Shown here: positions 35,533 through 45,321 of the stretch, piece after piece
How the letters are laid out: the number at the start of each line of letters is the position of its first letter
How positions within the stretch are numbered: position 1 is the first letter of the stretch
DNA from: a virus
Lineage: Duplodnaviria > Heunggongvirae > Uroviricota > Caudoviricetes
Reading direction: 5' to 3' (one strand)
IMG/VR virus record: IMGVR_UViG_3300035156_000038
Location: 21,726-85,725 of that record
Length of the DNA stretch: 64,000 nucleotides
The notes under the pieces: model-generated
What the model saw: the letters and a program-made list of their open reading frames with translations, nothing else
Database searches by the model: none
Told to the model about the DNA's origin: nothing
Made by a program: the position numbers and the translations under genes

Positions 35533-36072
35533 TTATTTCTCCTTAAGTAGTTTGGTAAGAAGCGCCTTACGCTTCGTTGCATTTGACACAGAAACGCCAG
35601 TATACCCGTTCTTAGCTAGCAGTGCAAGTGATTTCGACTTATTTTTCAAAATCTCTGTTACCTGCTTTTCTAGCTTGGCTTCTTCGAAGCTAATGCCTTT
35701 CGACTGGGACAGAGTATAGCACTTGTGGCAAGGCTTGCACAAGACCCGCAGGTTCGTAACTTCGCAGAACAAGCGGCCCACGAATGGGCCGATGTCATCC
35801 GTAGACAGGATGCTACCAGCGTCGTGCGGGAAGTGGTCAACTTCGATTTCCTTCTGCTTAAACCACTCCTTACAGATAGCACACATCACTTCGTACTTCT
35901 GAAGCTTGTTAGGGCCTTTGTAGGGCCTTCTGGCAGCTTGAATAGCCTCACCCCTGCACGGCCAGCGCAACCACTTGCTACGCAGCGCAGAACGAACCCA
36001 AGCTAGGTACTGGGATTCTGTCATCGTGCCACTACACCGGGTTAGCTGGCCTTTTGGCTTCTTAGTTGCCAT
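35533..36072 (-). CDS. HNH endonuclease
   Basis: EVDHF…NLRVLCKPCH HNH signature; 179 aa; inserted between paralog cluster and exonuclease. Confidence 0.6.
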   Translation of the reverse strand: MATKKPKGQLTRCSGTMTESQYLAWVRSALRSKWLRWPCRGEAIQAARRPYKGPNKLQKYEVMCAICKEWFKQKEIEVDHFPHDAGSILSTDDIGPFVGRLFCEVTNLRVLCKPCHKCYTLSQSKGISFEEAKLEKQVTEILKNKSKSLALLAKNGYTGVSVSNATKRKALLTKLLKEK

Positions 36073-37187
36073 TAGTGTTCCACTCCCAGCTTAGTTAGCA
36101 CAGCCTTAACGTCGATCTTGTCACCTTCGTGGCGTAGCATCATAGCTAGCGAGAACATTTCCTGCATCACGTGCAACCAGTCAATCTCAACCGGGCCTTT
36201 GCAGCCTTCCACAGTTTTCTTCTCGGGGTAAAGCATTTTGAACACATCCACCAAGGCTGTGAAAGCTTCCTTGTCTGTGGTGCAGTCCTTGAGTGCGTTG
36301 TACGCCCCTTTCTCTGCCCACTTCTTGTCACTGAAGCAGTTAGCTTTGTAGTTGTCAGCCGCATCGCCGTTAGCTACTTGGAAGTACAACCACATCCGGC
36401 CCTTGCCATCAACCTTGCCCTTGTCGTTCAACCACAGCCCACCGAAGCCTTCAATCAGCCGGGGTTCAACATCATTGTTCGGGTCGAAGTGCCAGCCTTC
36501 CGTACCCTTGCTATCCTTGTCCACAGCTACGCCGATGACACGGGGGCCAGTACGCCCAGCAGCCTTCCACGCCTTGTAGCCAGCTAGTACGTCGATACAG
36601 AACGCATCATCCGTTTCAATGCCGTAGATCATCTTACTATTGTGGCGTTCGCATACGTAAGCTTTCATTTCGTCCAGCAGCAACGGGCGTAGCAGGTCTT
36701 CACGGTTGCCCTTGTATGGTAGCAAGGTAGCTAGCTTGTGGCGGAACACATCCCCCGAGCCTGTATAACCCCGGTAGTTGTGGCAGTTCAGCTTAGCACA
36801 GATGGACTTGATCTTTTCGTCAATAATCATCTTAGCACCATCGCTAGGACTCATGAACGTATCCGGCCCACGTACTTCATTACCGTTTTCGTCAATGCCC
36901 GTCAGTTTACCCTTCTGCCTGAACGGTCGTGGGCGATGCCCCGGTACAACTTCGAAGTCTTCAGCCTTGTAGTAGTCCGTGCCTGCTACCGAGTTCTTAA
37001 GCCCGATCCAGCCGCCTACCTTTTTACGCCAGTCACCCCATAGGGCCGTTACGTTGTCAAGCTCTAGCACTTGCCCTGTAGGCTTGTGCGTGGCTGTAAT
37101 GAACTTTTCTTCGCTAACGCTCACAGCGTCGAATATTACAAAATCCATATCAAACACCAGTACGTCTTCTTGACCAATCGGTTTCAT
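36072..37187 (-). CDS. 5'-3' exonuclease, T7 gp6-like
   Basis: N-terminus VLVFDMDFVIFDAVSVSEE resembles T7 gp6 ILVMDGDWLVFQAMSAAE; conserved DKD…G[YG]SG blocks; 371 aa. Confidence 0.5.
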   Translation of the reverse strand: MKPIGQEDVLVFDMDFVIFDAVSVSEEKFITATHKPTGQVLELDNVTALWGDWRKKVGGWIGLKNSVAGTDYYKAEDFEVVPGHRPRPFRQKGKLTGIDENGNEVRGPDTFMSPSDGAKMIIDEKIKSICAKLNCHNYRGYTGSGDVFRHKLATLLPYKGNREDLLRPLLLDEMKAYVCERHNSKMIYGIETDDAFCIDVLAGYKAWKAAGRTGPRVIGVAVDKDSKGTEGWHFDPNNDVEPRLIEGFGGLWLNDKGKVDGKGRMWLYFQVANGDAADNYKANCFSDKKWAEKGAYNALKDCTTDKEAFTALVDVFKMLYPEKKTVEGCKGPVEIDWLHVMQEMFSLAMMLRHEGDKIDVKAVLTKLGVEH

Positions 37188-37744
37188 GTTCCATGCCTTT
37201 CTGTGTATCCGGCCCCGGCCTTATTTAAAGCCTCGATAGCTTCAGCACGGCACTTTACTGCCAATCTGAAAGCTTCTTCTTCGCCGTACTTGTTAATGGT
37301 AAAAGTCTTGTTGCGTTTAACGCCCTGCAAATCCACCCACTGCGCAGTCCACACCGGGTACTCCATGCCCTTATGCTTCGGTATTCTTAGGTGTACGCCC
37401 GTCACTCCCGTTGTGTTGGACTTATGCTTAGGGACGTTGCGCCTGTTCACCACCTTCAACACTCTGCGTAGGTTGCTTGCTGCGTTGTTACCTTTATCGC
37501 CGTCTACGTGGTCAATTTCAAATCCGGTACAATCACCGTACACAAGCTCACACACGATTCGATGACAAGCATAATTCTTATCTTCGTGCTTGACCTTCCA
37601 GTAACCTTCGGCGTTCTTGCCCCCCACACACGCGTCTGCTGGTGCGAACATCACCTTATGCCCAGTACCACCCATGAGAGGGTGTACACGGCGTAGGCCG
37701 CTAGGGCTGCTTTCACTGTAGTAGAAAACATCACTCCAATCCAT
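37184..37744 (-). CDS. HNH homing endonuclease with AP2 DNA-binding domain
   Basis: HRIVCELVYG…IDHVDGDKGNNAASNLR (HNH_3) then TGVTGV…W.AQW (AP2-like). Confidence 0.6.
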   Translation of the reverse strand: MDWSDVFYYSESSPSGLRRVHPLMGGTGHKVMFAPADACVGGKNAEGYWKVKHEDKNYACHRIVCELVYGDCTGFEIDHVDGDKGNNAASNLRRVLKVVNRRNVPKHKSNTTGVTGVHLRIPKHKGMEYPVWTAQWVDLQGVKRNKTFTINKYGEEEAFRLAVKCRAEAIEALNKAGAGYTERHGT

Positions 37745-37751
37745 AAATCCT

Positions 37752-37790
37752 CCAACGAAAAAGCCCCTACAACCGCAAAGTCGTAGGGGC
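37752..37790 (-). terminator. rho-independent terminator (leftward) after SSB gene
   Basis: GCCCCTAC-gactttgcggtt-GTAGGGGC followed by UUUUUCGUU on the minus strand. Confidence 0.6.
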
Positions 37791-37815
37791 TGTTACTTAC
37801 TTAGTTGCCACAATA

Positions 37816-38715
37816 CTAAAACGGCACATCGTCGTCTTCCACCGGGGCAAGAGCAGGCTTAGCCTTCGGTGCAGGCTTAGCAGGAGCTTCCTTTGCAGGG
37901 GCAACTTTGTCAGCAGCCGGGGCTGGAGTGCTACCACCGTCTTCAGCTTCGAACGCTTCAATTGCTTTCTGCATGTTCGAACCAGCGTAGTTCTTCGCCA
38001 GCTTGATAATGCCGCGAATGTTCTTGCGGATAAGCTGTACATCTTCCTTCTTAGCGTTTTCGAAGGTAATGCACTTCGGCTCAACTTTCAGGGCTGCGAA
38101 CACTGGCACTTCTTCTACTTCGTTGCCTTCAGCGTCTTCCTTGATAACTGCTGCAACCGGGTTAGGCTGCTTGAAGTTAACGTTGGTGTAGACGATTTCG
38201 TTGCCGTCTGCGTCTTGCTTGCCCGATGGAGTCTTGCGCACTTCAACCTGAGCCATGAACTGACCGTTCAGCAGTTGCGAAATGTCCATGTGTTCCTGAA
38301 CATCAGGCATACCGACTGCTTTAGCCAGCTTGCTAATCATGTTGTTATCGTGCAGCATCCACTTGCCACCCTTGATAGTCTGCTTGGTAACAGGGTCTTT
38401 TGGCGGGGTAGCGAAGAAGCCAATACCTTTGAACTTACCTTTGAAGGTGCCGTTCAGTGCGAGGCGGTAGTGGGCCATGCCGATTTCACCACCGTAGTCA
38501 ACGGTATCGTTCACCAGATCAGCGAAGATCGCCACGTGTTGCTTCGGGGTCTTTTCCGAACCATCGTCACCCGGCTCACGGTCTTGCACACCAAGATCAA
38601 CAATCAGGGAAACACGTGCACGGCGCAGGCCAGCTTTTGGTTCCGGGTAGTTGCGTTGAACGTAATCGCCACCACCAGTGCTGTCATCACGGGAACCCAT
38701 TGGTTTGAAACTCAT
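37816..38715 (-). CDS. single-stranded DNA-binding protein (T7 gp2.5-like, acidic C-tail)
   Basis: 299 aa ending …PVEDDDVPF (canonical SSB acidic tail); sits in the replication module. Confidence 0.55.
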   Translation of the reverse strand: MSFKPMGSRDDSTGGGDYVQRNYPEPKAGLRRARVSLIVDLGVQDREPGDDGSEKTPKQHVAIFADLVNDTVDYGGEIGMAHYRLALNGTFKGKFKGIGFFATPPKDPVTKQTIKGGKWMLHDNNMISKLAKAVGMPDVQEHMDISQLLNGQFMAQVEVRKTPSGKQDADGNEIVYTNVNFKQPNPVAAVIKEDAEGNEVEEVPVFAALKVEPKCITFENAKKEDVQLIRKNIRGIIKLAKNYAGSNMQKAIEAFEAEDGGSTPAPAADKVAPAKEAPAKPAPKAKPALAPVEDDDVPF

Positions 38716-38816
38716 ATCTACTTCCTTTTCACTTTGTTTAAATAAGCGTAGCCTGTTAGGGTCTTACGCGGGTTGCATAGCACAGCTATGTCTTGGAAGG
38801 GCCGAAGCCCTAATTC

Positions 38817-38985
38817 TTACTTGCCGCCCGAAGGACGCCAGCCGTTCTTGACTGGATCGCCACCCGGCCAACCTTCTGCTGGTGGGTATGCGAAGTAGGT
38901 GCGACCCAGCTTGGAGAACGTACGCGAAGCACGTGCTTGGTTCGACTTTTGAATCTTGTGGTTGTTAGCGATACGGCGTGCCATA
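38817..38985 (-). CDS. small basic protein (~55 aa)
   Basis: Sub-threshold ORF MARRIANNHKIQKSNQARAS… with RBS GGAGATTTAAATTATG. Approximate. Confidence 0.3.
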
Positions 38986-39009
38986 ATTTAAATCTCCTTG
39001 TTTGGTAGG

Positions 39010-39273
39010 TTATTCCGCCAGTTCGTAGCGGGTGTTCAGGGTTTCGAAGCTAGTACCGTCCACCGACTGAACCGGGGAAGTGGATACGACTTGACCGTTC
39101 AGGTATTCGGCTGGATGATCCACGGCGATGACGCTATGACGGTAGCCTACGGTCGGTTCACGGCTGGAAGCCACGTGGTACTTGACCACAGGTTTTTCTT
39201 CGGTGCGCGTTGCTTGCTGCGCTGCCACGTGTTTGAAATACTCACCCACACTGGCAAACTTAGACATACTCAT
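39010..39273 (-). CDS. hypothetical protein
   Basis: 87 aa; RBS AAGGAGAAAGTAATGAGTATG; downstream of consensus promoter. Confidence 0.45.
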   Translation of the reverse strand: MSMSKFASVGEYFKHVAAQQATRTEEKPVVKYHVASSREPTVGYRHSVIAVDHPAEYLNGQVVSTSPVQSVDGTSFETLNTRYELAE

Positions 39274-39337
39274 TACTTTCTCCTTGGATTAGCCTTAACA
39301 GGCTTGGTTACAAGCTAGCCCGTTTGGGCTAGACCTG

Positions 39338-39366
39338 AATTCTACACTAGCTAGCTAACTCTGTCA
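39338..39366 (-). promoter_or_regulatory. sigma70 consensus promoter
   Basis: Minus strand: TTGACA - 17 - TAGAAT. Confidence 0.65.
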
Positions 39367-39374
39367 AGCCCCTG

Positions 39375-39563
39375 TTACTTACCGTACTTGCGGTACAGGA
39401 TGTAAGCAATGTCAGCAGCACACACCACGGCGATCAGCACGTTCAGGTATGGCACAAGCGACAGGATAGCTACGATCAGGGCAACACCGAAGCCCACACG
39501 GGCGGTGTACAGGTCGGTGATGGCTAGCATAGCTAGCACAAAACACACAATAGTCATTAACAT
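39375..39563 (-). CDS. small membrane protein
   Basis: 62 aa, two TM helices; RBS AAGGAGAAGTAAATG. Confidence 0.4.
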   Translation of the reverse strand: MLMTIVCFVLAMLAITDLYTARVGFGVALIVAILSLVPYLNVLIAVVCAADIAYILYRKYGK

Positions 39564-39577
39564 TTACTTCTCCTTAG

Positions 39578-39949
39578 TTATTCGAACAGGCGTTCGACTT
39601 CATTGTTAAGATACTCATACTGCTTCGTTTCCTGTACTAGCTTGGAAGCGTTGTAGGTAGAGTATCCATTTTCATGCAACCAGTTTAGCAGCTTCACTGC
39701 GTTAACTTTATGCACATTCGTTGATAGCGTCTTCGCTACTATGTGTCCTTTAGGAAACCCTCTAGTGAACGTCACCCAGAACGGGAATTCCATCAGCACC
39801 GACACGGGTTCACCGCTACGGTATTCCATGCCACGGTTGCGCATCACAACTTCGGTAGCAGCAAGGCGCATCTGTTCGTAAATGGCCTTGCTTGCCTTCC
39901 TTGTTGCTTTCTTCTGCGCTCTAGTGGCCTTTACACGCCGCTCAGCCAT
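39578..39949 (-). CDS. hypothetical basic protein
   Basis: Start set at MAERRVKA (TAATG overlap with the upstream membrane-protein gene). Confidence 0.4.
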   Translation of the reverse strand: MAERRVKATRAQKKATRKASKAIYEQMRLAATEVVMRNRGMEYRSGEPVSVLMEFPFWVTFTRGFPKGHIVAKTLSTNVHKVNAVKLLNWLHENGYSTYNASKLVQETKQYEYLNNEVERLFE

Positions 39950-40140
39950 TACGACCAGAGTTGGATCATGCCACAGGTGAAGATGATAGCCGTGGAAGCC
40001 GCTAGAAGCGCCCCGCCAACCCACACGACCTTAGCCCAGTTAGAACCGTAACCTTTGGCCGTGTCTACCGTGATACCTGTAAACACAAAGATTGCTGCCA
40101 GTGCCAGAAGCGTAACGCCCACCTTCATTGCCAGTTCCAT
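39949..40140 (-). CDS. small membrane protein
   Basis: 63 aa, two TM helices; RBS AAGGGGAGTAAACATG. Confidence 0.4.
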   Translation of the reverse strand: MELAMKVGVTLLALAAIFVFTGITVDTAKGYGSNWAKVVWVGGALLAASTAIIFTCGMIQLWS

Positions 40141-40142
40141 GT

Positions 40143-40385
40143 TTACTCCCCTTTAAGTTCAGCCGGGGTAGCCCCGGCGTGTAGGATGCGGTCAAAGAAC
40201 TGCGTCCGTGTGGTGTAGACCGAAATAAGCTTCATCGCTGATTCACGCTCTTTGACAGTAAGCTTTTCAAGATGCTGCCTGATTGCTTCACGGTCTTCTT
40301 CGCTAAGCGGCTTCTCATCGGCTGCTTGCTTGATTGCGGCTTCCTTACGTTCTTCGTAAGTGCCACGCCTGTTTGCTGCACCCAT
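40143..40385 (-). CDS. hypothetical protein
   Basis: 80 aa charged helical. Confidence 0.4.
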   Translation of the reverse strand: MGAANRRGTYEERKEAAIKQAADEKPLSEEDREAIRQHLEKLTVKERESAMKLISVYTTRTQFFDRILHAGATPAELKGE

Positions 40386-40562
40386 TAGCGTACCGCCTTT
40401 TGCAGTTGAGCCAGTGCGTTTGCCAGAGCGTCAGCGGTATAGGGCTGGCTCTTGTCGGTAGTTGCACCGCCCAGCGTCACAACGTCAGCGACGAGTGCAA
40501 CAGGGGTTTCGACAACAGCACCAACAACGGCTTTGGTAAGACCAGTGATAAGACCAAACATT
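40386..40562 (-). CDS. small protein (~58 aa)
   Basis: Sub-threshold ORF MFGLITGLTKAVVGAVVETP… with RBS CAAGGAGAAATAAAATG, downstream of the 40593–40621 promoter. Approximate. Confidence 0.3.
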
Positions 40563-40592
40563 TTATTTCTCCTTGTGAGTTAAGAAGACAGC

Positions 40593-40621
40593 AGTGTAGC
40601 TCATAACTACCTTGCTGTCAA
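40593..40621 (-). promoter_or_regulatory. sigma70-type promoter
   Basis: Minus strand: TTGACA - 17 - TACACT. Confidence 0.5.
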
Positions 40622-40634
40622 GCTTCTTTCGTGC

Positions 40635-41426
40635 TTACTTACCTGCGTTGACGATGCCTTTGAAGTCAGCCGGAACAACGATGGTGTGAACCTTACCTTC
40701 ACGGATGCCGTAAGCGATTTCCAGACGGGCTTGAGCGTCCATGTATTCGATAGCGCCCTTGTTGCGGCTCAGTGCTTCGACACGTTCTGCTTCCTTAACT
40801 GCGGTCTGCACTTCGACATCCTTAGCGGCGTTCTCTGCCTTAGCAGCCACCAGACGGATTGCAGCAGCTTTCACGGCTTCAGGCGGTTCGATGCTCTTAA
40901 CCTGAACTTGGCCGATGGTGATGGAACCGTCCAGCTTTTCAGCAGCCAGCGTGTGACGCACTTGTTCAGCGATCTTCTTTTCGATTTCGTCACGGCTGTT
41001 GTTCATGGTGATCGAGTCGTAGTCACGGGCCACTTTGTAGACGGCGTTACGAACGGTAGTTTGCAGGTACGAATACATCAACAGCGTATCGCCTTCCTTA
41101 TCTTCGGCGTGGAAACCCCGGCTCTTGTTGATGTAGAGGTCGCTAACAGCTTTCGGGTTGATGCTGTAAACCACGTTCACATCAAAGTCGCCCATTGGGC
41201 TGTTGTCGGCTGCGGGTGGACGCATATCAGCCACCGACAGCGCGATTTCACGCACGGGGAAGTCTTCCACGCCGCCGATGAAGGTTTGGTTGAACGAACC
41301 TGCAACGCGCTCAGTTGCTTCCACGGTCTTGTCGAAGTTGGTACGCAGACCCACGTTACCTTCCGGTACAACGTGGCAGGCGGTCAGGGTCAGGGCCATT
41401 GCGATAGCAGCAAAAATCTTTTTCAT
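40635..41426 (-). CDS. lipoprotein with SPFH/band-7 (prohibitin-like) domain
   Basis: Signal peptide plus lipobox LTLTAC; 263 aa with the alpha/beta SPFH core followed by a long Ala/Glu/Lys helix (HflC/K-like architecture). Confidence 0.55.
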   Translation of the reverse strand: MKKIFAAIAMALTLTACHVVPEGNVGLRTNFDKTVEATERVAGSFNQTFIGGVEDFPVREIALSVADMRPPAADNSPMGDFDVNVVYSINPKAVSDLYINKSRGFHAEDKEGDTLLMYSYLQTTVRNAVYKVARDYDSITMNNSRDEIEKKIAEQVRHTLAAEKLDGSITIGQVQVKSIEPPEAVKAAAIRLVAAKAENAAKDVEVQTAVKEAERVEALSRNKGAIEYMDAQARLEIAYGIREGKVHTIVVPADFKGIVNAGK

Positions 41427-41469
41427 GGGTAGTTCTCCTTAGTATGTGTCGTTAATTGATTGATTCCGA

Positions 41470-41691
41470 TTAGGAAACGATTGCTTCCATTTTGGAAGCA
41501 GCCGACAGGGCGCGGGTTGCTTCCAAGTCGGCGTCACGTGCAGCTTTGGTAGCAGCAGCGGCCTTGGCATCTTGGCGTGCAGCTTCAGTACGCTGAAGGT
41601 CAGCAGCCTTGCGCAGACGCAGGATAGCCTTGTTGAATGCCGACAGTGCGCCGTCAACGGTGTAGAACTTCATAAGCAGTTTGGTAAACAT
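41470..41691 (-). CDS. hypothetical helical protein
   Basis: 73 aa; RBS AAAGGAGAATTACAATG. Confidence 0.4.
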   Translation of the reverse strand: MFTKLLMKFYTVDGALSAFNKAILRLRKAADLQRTEAARQDAKAAAATKAARDADLEATRALSAASKMEAIVS

Positions 41692-41751
41692 TGTAATTCT
41701 CCTTTTGGGTTAGTGTGTAAATCGCTTGCTTGTTTGGTAGCGACAGAGATA

Positions 41752-41780
41752 AGCATGAAGCATCTTACCTACCCTGTCAA
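41752..41780 (-). promoter_or_regulatory. sigma70-like promoter (weak −10)
   Basis: Minus strand: TTGACA - 17 - CATGCT. Confidence 0.3.
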
Positions 41781-41787
41781 CTACTTT

Positions 41788-42534
41788 TTACTCTTTTTCG
41801 TGCAGCTTCAGACGCTTAATGTCGGCGTGTGCAACTGCGGTTATGTTGTGGCGTTCGATTTCGTAATCCTCACGGACGTACTCTTTCACGTACCACCCCG
41901 TACCGCCTTCCTTACGTGTGTGGACAGGAACCATACGGGTGTGTTGCTCCTTCCACTTCACCACCTTGTACCAAACCTTGTGCTTAGCAGGTTCGGTTTG
42001 TCCAGCCCCGGCCTTGCGGTCGGTGATGGTACGATGCCAGTATTCTACACCGTCAATCGTAAGGTGCTTGTCAGGAGCCGGGTAGCGGGACGGCTTAGGT
42101 TCCACCTTCAGGCCCTTAGCCAAGCGAACAATCTTGGTGGCCGGGTCTACATAAAGCGAACCCTTGCTAAGCGGGTAGAACTCTTGGCTGCTACGCCGCC
42201 AGTTAGCAATCTCATGTGGGTAGCCGTCGATCATTACGGTATTCTGCTCAATGGCAGACCACCTGTTAAGGCGTTCACGCAACCAATCTTCGGTGTAGGC
42301 CCCTTGCTGCCTTGCTACGTGGCAGTAGTCCGAGAACACGGTGTCCCAGTTCTGGCCGACCTTGGAACGAAGGAACCGTTTGGTTTTGTTATCCCAGCGA
42401 TCCCACATTTTGTTGTGACGCCAGCGGTCTTGCCCGTGACGGCGAGAACTGCCCGTGAATTGATCCATCACTTCGTAGTCGTCGTCAAGCTTAAAGTGCT
42501 TGGCACGGCGGCAGTAGTTGTGCATCTTAGTCAT
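41788..42534 (-). CDS. hypothetical Trp/Arg-rich protein
   Basis: Start set at MTKMHNYC (RBS GAAGGAGACTTGATG), ~23 nt downstream of the predicted TSS. Confidence 0.45.
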   Translation of the reverse strand: MTKMHNYCRRAKHFKLDDDYEVMDQFTGSSRRHGQDRWRHNKMWDRWDNKTKRFLRSKVGQNWDTVFSDYCHVARQQGAYTEDWLRERLNRWSAIEQNTVMIDGYPHEIANWRRSSQEFYPLSKGSLYVDPATKIVRLAKGLKVEPKPSRYPAPDKHLTIDGVEYWHRTITDRKAGAGQTEPAKHKVWYKVVKWKEQHTRMVPVHTRKEGGTGWYVKEYVREDYEIERHNITAVAHADIKRLKLHEKE

Positions 42535-42563
42535 CAAGTCTCCTTCTTCGTTACGACACAAAC

Positions 42564-42592
42564 ATCCTAACAAGGGCCGGAACCCTTGTCAA
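42564..42592 (-). promoter_or_regulatory. sigma70-type promoter
   Basis: Minus strand: TTGACA - 17 - TAGGAT. Confidence 0.6.
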
Positions 42593-42605
42593 GCTTCTTT
42601 GCTAG

Positions 42606-42797
42606 CTAGCTAAAACAAACAGCGGTAAATTCTACCCGCTCCGTACCTTCCACGTACTTGCCCACCAGCGGCAAGCCACTCAAGGAAAATACTGCGTAGC
42701 TTCCCCTTGTTAGCTTGCCTGCTAGGTAGTGCAACAGCACAACGTCAAAGGTGTCTGAAGTCCAGTTTCTTGTTAGCATTAATGACATTCCGCCCAA
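42606..42797 (-). CDS. hypothetical small protein
   Basis: 63 aa; start overlaps the 3' end of the polymerase gene. Confidence 0.3.
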   Translation of the reverse strand: MGGMSLMLTRNWTSDTFDVVLLHYLAGKLTRGSYAVFSLSGLPLVGKYVEGTERVEFTAVCFS

Positions 42798-45307
42798 TTC
42801 CTTCCTAGGATGTAGTCAGCCGAGAGCGTCACGTTCAGTTTAAAGTGTTCGCTTGTCTCCCGTACGGCTTCAACAACCAGTTCGCCAGCACGGCAATAGC
42901 CAAGGTAGAAACCCTTGTCAGACTGCGCAATCTCGCTCCACGGCTTATCCTGTGCCTTCTTGAACTCCTTAGCTGCCTTCTTAGCTGCTTCGGCTTCCGG
43001 CGTAGGAACCTTCTCCAACTTCTCGTTAGTCATTTCGAAGTCACCAGAGACAGGGAACAGCTTCCACTGAATCATGCTCTTGTGCATTTCAAGCTGGCCT
43101 TCATCGTGGTAAGCGATAAGCTGCTGTACAAACTTCTTAGCTTTCCAATCGTCCGTCCAGAAGTCCACGGTAAGCCCTTCCGCACGCATCTTACGGTCGT
43201 GCAGAACCATAGCTAGCTTAGCACAAATAACGCCTGCACTCTGGAACAACGAGTTAATAAGAGCCGAAGCCGAACGCGTAGGGATTTTACGTCCGTCCAC
43301 GCCAAGAATGAACTTCTTACAACCACCCTTGTCATCCATACGTTCCCAGAACGCTTTAAGCTTCTCTGCCAGCAACAACAGCGGCCTTGCAGCGTCCCAG
43401 TAGGCTTCGTAAATCAGCTTGCCAGTGGCAATGTCACAACCAATGGTCTTAGCTACACGGGCTGGTTGCCCACCGTAAGCACAGCAATACTTCACCGTCT
43501 TAGCCGGGGTACGTCCAAACGCCTTGCCAATAGCAGCCGAAATCTTGGTAGCAGTTAATGTGTGCACATCGTTTGGCTTTTCACCAACCAACGAACGACA
43601 GTAGCTTTTATCTTCATCATCGTAACGCCAGCAGTAGTGCGACTCAATCATAGCTTCCAAGGAAGCGAAGTCGTAGCCCATCTGCATAAACCCGGCCAGC
43701 ACATCCACGCCGAACAACTCACGCAGTTCTTCCCCGAACAGCGAAGTCACACGCGGGATGTTAGCCACCAGACGGTGTTTAAACCGCGTTGTAGCAGCCC
43801 CGCACGTGTCGGCTGGGGTTGGGATACGATGATCGTGATTGATGCGATCTACGGCCAACCAACCCTTCTCCATGTCAGCTTCTTCGTCATCAGGGTCAAC
43901 GTTACCACCCAAGATGCTGTTACGGCGGTGCGAGAACGTCAGGTATTCGCTAACTTCCTTGGCGTACTTGAACTTCGCCTGCATAGCTTCACCTAGCAAA
44001 GCGGGGTCAATCTCCTTTTCCACGCCAACGGTCAGGGTTGGGTTTGTGTAAACCTTCAGTGGCCGCTTCATGTGGTCATGCTCTTTCAACCGATGTTTGA
44101 CCATTTCCCGGCTGTGGTAGAGCGTGATACCGAGGCCGCGAACGTCTGCTAGCTCCGTCATCCGGTCTTCCTTGAATGGGCCGTCAAACGTCTGGTCAAC
44201 CCACTTGTCAATCGCTGCGTCAAACTTCTCTTTTGTCTGCTTCTTTTTCTTACTGTCTACCGTCAGGTCACGTTCCTTAAACGCCGTAGGGTTCCATCCC
44301 ATTTCGACTAGCCAGCCCTTGATGTGGGTTGTGTCCTTGATCGTAGCAGGCATGTGCGTGAAGATGGGCGCGGGCGGTAGTGGCAACGTGTGCATGACGC
44401 CGTAAAGCTCAACCCTATACACGCCGTCCACTTCCTCAATCTTACCACCGTGCTTCTCTGCGAAGTTGGTAATGTGGGCGTTCGGTGTTGTATCCTTCTT
44501 AAACTGCTTCGCCGGGGGCGTGTAGTCCTTCATGGCCGTCTTGGTAAGAGGCTTAGCAGGAATCAACGGCTCCACAATAGCACGCAGCTTTTCCATCTTG
44601 TCGTCCAGCACTTTTACATGCTCTACCGCCTTGTCCCGGTTAAACCAGAACCCGCGATGCTCCTGCCGGGTGATAAGCTCTTTAACAAGCTTCTCAAGCT
44701 GGTACGGACGTTCCCAAGCCCACGTTCCCCACTCACGGAGCAGGAAGTCATGTACCCTGTCGTTAACGTCCAAGTCTCGTTCCATGTACGGGACCATGCG
44801 GGGATGGAACACGCGGAACTCCGCCCCCTTCGGGTCTGCTACCGTGATAAGTCCTAGCTCGATAGCCTCTGCTCGCCAGTCGATCTTTTCCAACCCCAGC
44901 AGGCCACCGAAGTAGTCAATACTGTGCTGTGGACGATCCGGGTTAAGCGTCTTCGACATAACCAGCGTATCGGTGATGATGATTGGTTGTCCACAAATTG
45001 TGTCAGGCTCATCGAAGTAGCCAATCGTGTAGTCAAGCCCGATAGCAGACTTCATAACCAGATGGTCGAAGTTGATTGTGTTATGGCCGATTAGTTCCTC
45101 TGCCGTGTCAAGGATGAATTCTTTCACGCGACCGTTGTAAATGTCGTCGGTCAGGAAGACTGTCTTTTCCTTCGTCTTCTTGTCCTTGAAGCCTACGCAA
45201 TGCACGAAACGGTCATCCTTCAGCTTGTACGGGGAAGCATTGTAATCCACCCAATCCGAGTTAAGGAGTGACTTAGATTCAATGTCCCAGATATACTTCT
45301 TCTTCAC
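42779..45307 (-). CDS. DNA polymerase, family A (T7 gp5-like, with 3'-5' exonuclease domain)
   Basis: 842 aa; N-terminal exo motif YIWDIES…; overall Pol I palm/fingers architecture; in the replication module. Confidence 0.8.
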   Translation of the reverse strand: MKKKYIWDIESKSLLNSDWVDYNASPYKLKDDRFVHCVGFKDKKTKEKTVFLTDDIYNGRVKEFILDTAEELIGHNTINFDHLVMKSAIGLDYTIGYFDEPDTICGQPIIITDTLVMSKTLNPDRPQHSIDYFGGLLGLEKIDWRAEAIELGLITVADPKGAEFRVFHPRMVPYMERDLDVNDRVHDFLLREWGTWAWERPYQLEKLVKELITRQEHRGFWFNRDKAVEHVKVLDDKMEKLRAIVEPLIPAKPLTKTAMKDYTPPAKQFKKDTTPNAHITNFAEKHGGKIEEVDGVYRVELYGVMHTLPLPPAPIFTHMPATIKDTTHIKGWLVEMGWNPTAFKERDLTVDSKKKKQTKEKFDAAIDKWVDQTFDGPFKEDRMTELADVRGLGITLYHSREMVKHRLKEHDHMKRPLKVYTNPTLTVGVEKEIDPALLGEAMQAKFKYAKEVSEYLTFSHRRNSILGGNVDPDDEEADMEKGWLAVDRINHDHRIPTPADTCGAATTRFKHRLVANIPRVTSLFGEELRELFGVDVLAGFMQMGYDFASLEAMIESHYCWRYDDEDKSYCRSLVGEKPNDVHTLTATKISAAIGKAFGRTPAKTVKYCCAYGGQPARVAKTIGCDIATGKLIYEAYWDAARPLLLLAEKLKAFWERMDDKGGCKKFILGVDGRKIPTRSASALINSLFQSAGVICAKLAMVLHDRKMRAEGLTVDFWTDDWKAKKFVQQLIAYHDEGQLEMHKSMIQWKLFPVSGDFEMTNEKLEKVPTPEAEAAKKAAKEFKKAQDKPWSEIAQSDKGFYLGYCRAGELVVEAVRETSEHFKLNVTLSADYILGRNWAECH

Positions 45308-45321
45308 TTCCTTTCTCCTTA

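Noticed and set aside
41572-42570. 332-aa + strand ORF antisense to 41788..42534
   Set aside because: No start context; opposite strand carries promoter+RBS-supported gene.
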